A stretch of 64,000 nucleotides of DNA from Flaccisagitta enflata (lineage: Eukaryota): positions 30,008,001 through 30,072,000 of the forward strand of contig OZ231126.1 in NCBI GenBank assembly GCA_965153355.1. Reading direction: 5' to 3'. Under the pieces are notes generated by a model, which saw nothing but the letters and a program-made list of their open reading frames with translations, did not search any database and had not been told where the DNA came from. The translations under genes were made by a program, and so were the position numbers. Of this stretch, positions 39,803 through 64,000 are shown piece by piece. Every line of letters starts with the position of its first letter. Positions within the stretch are counted from its first letter, which is position 1.

Positions 39803-40179
39803 GCACGCAATTTGTGTCCTTTTGTTCTTTTGATTTGGCGTATCTGTTTGTGCCGCGCTCTCTCGTGTATTTAAAGAAGTTATGGAAGCGGATTTTCCCT
39901 CCTTGTGCTAGTTCAGGTCCAAATACAGCATCGTTATCTTTTGTCTCGGCCGTTTTTCTGCCACCTCCGCCGGTTCCATCACGCTTCCGGCGCCTTCCCT
40001 CTGCGTGTTCATCGTCGCCGTCCCATTCAATTGGAATAAAAATTGCGTTTTCCTTGGCACATCATCCCCCAAGTTTTCCACGACGTGAAGCGGAGGATAT
40101 TGAAAAAAAATATCTCATTGGCCATCATCTCCAAAACAAAATCATTGGGGGGGAAAACGATTTTTTCCGCGCCGCCGAT

Positions 40180-40473
40180 AATTCGGCCGCCGCAATCGAA
40201 TCACGGAAGACGTCCAAAAACAACGCCCACTTCGAGAACTGCAGAGCCGAGGGCATTCATTTTCAGCCACTTGTCGTCGAAACATTTGGTGGTTGGGACA
40301 AAGACGCCGTCGACTTTCTCAAGAAAATTGCGACTAAAGAAGCGCGCCGATGGGGGAAAGTCGTTTCGATTGAAATCAAACATTTCTTCCAGCGCCTATC
40401 AGTCGCGCTACAAAGAGGCAACGCTGCCCTTCTAACTCAGCGCGATGACGAACATTTCGATGCTGGCCTTTAA
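40180..40473 (+). mobile_element. 5'-truncated CRE-like non-LTR retrotransposon fragment (C-terminal restriction-like endonuclease region)
   Basis: Translation FQPLVVETFGGW...AVDFLKKIA...FFQRLSVALQRGNA matches the C-terminal motif I recognise from CRE-clade RLE elements; no RT domain upstream. Confidence 0.7.
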
Positions 40474-41208
40474 AAGAAACTTTCCTTTAATATCCGATGG
40501 ACCCACACTCGTAGTTCTTATTGCTCATAAATGTACTCATCGTTGTATATCTATATTTCCAATTTTTGTGAAACCCTTCATTGCACAACATCGTTGAAAT
40601 TTGATTTGTATATGTTGGTTTCTTTCTCTCTTTTTACAAAAAAAAAAATTGATTACAAATTGACAATACGTCACCTGACAGTGTCATTAACGATAAGTAA
40701 GTCTTTGGAACAATAAGCGACATTTCTTTGAGCGTCTTTCCGTTACCTTACAACGTGAAAATGGTTCTATGTTACTCGAGCGTTCTCCGCTCCCCACTGC
40801 CGATGTCGATGGTGAAATTTAAACCTTTACTACCCCTCCCCCCCCTGTTTTAAGTCTTCTGTGATTTTCACCTGTGCCTTACGTCTTGATATTTCGTTGT
40901 TGGATACAAAAAAAAAACTGTTAATGTTGATTGGCTTTTGCAATTTCAACCGTTACTGATTTTGTTTGCCATGCTCTTCTCTCTTTTTACAGAAAAAAAG
41001 TCTTTGGAAGGTGAATGTCTGTGCACACTTTTATTTGATTTTCAGGGAAACGGCCGTTCTTTGGGGAAGTTCAGGCTGAAATAAGGGTCAACCTCGTCAC
41101 TAGCACGTTCGGATAGCTCCTCTTATCCCAATCAGATATAGCAGTTGAAACAAAAGCTTCCATCAACCGTACCACCAACGACGCGACAATCCCGCCCTCT
41201 TCTCCGCG

Positions 41209-52506
<11,298 letters not shown>

Positions 52507-53457
52507 ATGGGTTGGCGGGGGGGGGGGGGAAGAGGTTGGTTAACCTTGTTAGTTTTTTTTCGGCCTTTGTATACAAACTAAAAGGGGGTATCCGGGTGGG
52601 GGTTATTTACCCAGAGTCCAGAAACGGCTGAAACCTTAACCGAACTGTTATTGCCTTGACGAGGGAAGTTGTAGTATCACCACTTAGTGCCCCCCTGGCG
52701 AGACTTATTTCTCTATTATGCCTTATGAAAATGTATGCACGTTTCTCATTTAATGATCTGTTGAACATGTGATAAAAATGTTTTTGGGTAAAAAAAGAAT
52801 TTTTGTCAGTTATGTTAATTGTTGCATTCCCGTTGGCCGTCGCATTTTCTCCGTTAAAGTTACTCGTTTACAACAATCGAAGCTATTCATTGGTTTCCGT
52901 TTTTTTTTTTAACATTCCATACCGAATTTTTATATTTTACCGTCATCGCCTTTCTTTTATAGATTCTTCATATATACATCTGTTCAGTGCACGCTTCGTC
53001 GTTTCAATGGTACAATACAATACAATTAGCCGATGACTTGATGCTGTGAATTGCTATTGATGGATTCAGTAATTTCCACGACAGACGTAATGACTGAAAA
53101 CACCGACTCTCCTTCTTGCTCTTTGAACTCATGGACTGCAGTTGACGATGACTCTGATAAGAGGCCCGTCGGAGTCGGCGGATGGGATGGAACCGCGAGT
53201 AGCGAAGAAATGACGCGAGATGAAGACTTTCTGCTGATTGATGGATATTTGACCGCCTGCGCGTTGACGGAATTCGAAGCCGCGTCGTGCGACAACGTCA
53301 AGAGGACGATTGAAGCTGATGGCGAGGGGATTGAAGGAGGCGGAGGGAAGAGGAGAAAGACGTGATGGGGTTGTTGATGATGATGAGGGTGTATTTTTGA
53401 GGACAATCCACGATCGAAAAGGATGACGCGATGATATTAGAGTGACGCGGAGTGGAA

Positions 53458-53942
53458 CACAGCGCAATCTGTAGTGACATTAATGCCCCGGGGAATTCCC
53501 TGGGAATTTCCCCGTTACAATAATTTTATAAGTGAACCGGGCATAGTCTAAAAATGTCAGAATTTGATCCAGGGGGAATTCCCCGGGGAATCCCCCAATT
53601 AGACTAATTTATTTTCTTCATTTCTAAACTAAATGGGGCATATGCCTCGTTAAGTCCCCATTTAGTCCTTGATAATTTTCACAATAGATTTTGACCTGAA
53701 GAAAGCCACTGAAAAAAAAAGTTTACTGATTTTTAACGAAACATTTTTGATTAAACAAAACTAAACTAAATGGGGTATATGCTCTGTTAAGTCCCCATTT
53801 AGTGCCTGAATCATTTTTTTCACTAACTTTTAATGGGGCATAGAACCGGGCATATTCAAACTCTAACTTTTTTTTACCAGGGATATTGGGGCTTTTGCCC
53901 GGGGCATTAATGTCACTTTTTTGTACTACAGATTGCGCTGTG
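53458..53942. mobile_element. Transib/RAG-like non-autonomous element with RSS-like termini
   Basis: Perfect 18-bp TIR CACAGCGCAATCTGTAGT; 5-bp TSD TGGAA; second 17-bp inverted block GACATTAATGCCCCGGG. Confidence 0.8.
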
Positions 53943-54155
53943 TGGAAATGTTTATTCTGGTTAAAAGGGAATATCGTCAGTTTCTCTCTGCGACGTCGCG
54001 ATTATTGATAGTTCTGATAGACCCATGTTCTGAAATTATTATTTGTCTTTGTTGATTTTTAAAAAATAACGTTATCATTCACAGGCTACTACGGTATTTA
54101 TTAATTACGGTATTCTTTTGTGTCATTGGAATACTTGACAAACTTCGATACAGAC

Positions 54156-63896
<9,741 letters not shown>

Positions 63897-64000
63897 TGAA
63901 AAAGGACAAGTATGAATGAAAAACTCTTTGAAAGTTACTTACAATCACAACCATGACGAAAGCGGTAGGACAACCATAACAGAAACCACAACTGAAACAA

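Overview
Repeat-saturated eukaryotic (invertebrate-animal-like) DNA, so the ORF track is mostly microsatellite noise. Two conserved spliced genes can be rebuilt by hand on the + strand with canonical GT-AG introns: a complete 7-exon MCM3 (41209-52506, 846 aa) and the first 10 coding exons of an ISWI/SMARCA5-type remodeller (54156 to beyond the window end). There is also a tentative small single-pass membrane protein gene (~33.2-35.1 kb), a CRE-like non-LTR retrotransposon endonuclease fragment and a hAT element carrying a zinc-finger ORF remnant. The rest is nested non-autonomous DNA elements: several Helentron-associated (HINE/DINE-1-like) families each carrying its own tandem array, TA-flanked and 8-bp-TSD MITEs, long foldbacks that fill whole introns, satellites and kb-scale duplications. 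The two most notable observations are (i) a 485-bp element upstream of ISWI with a 5-bp TSD and asymmetric V(D)J-RSS-like ends (Transib/RAG-like), and (ii) two different HINE subfamilies occupying the same nucleotide position in two copies of a duplication, suggesting element replacement. All calls are by eye; no searches were run.
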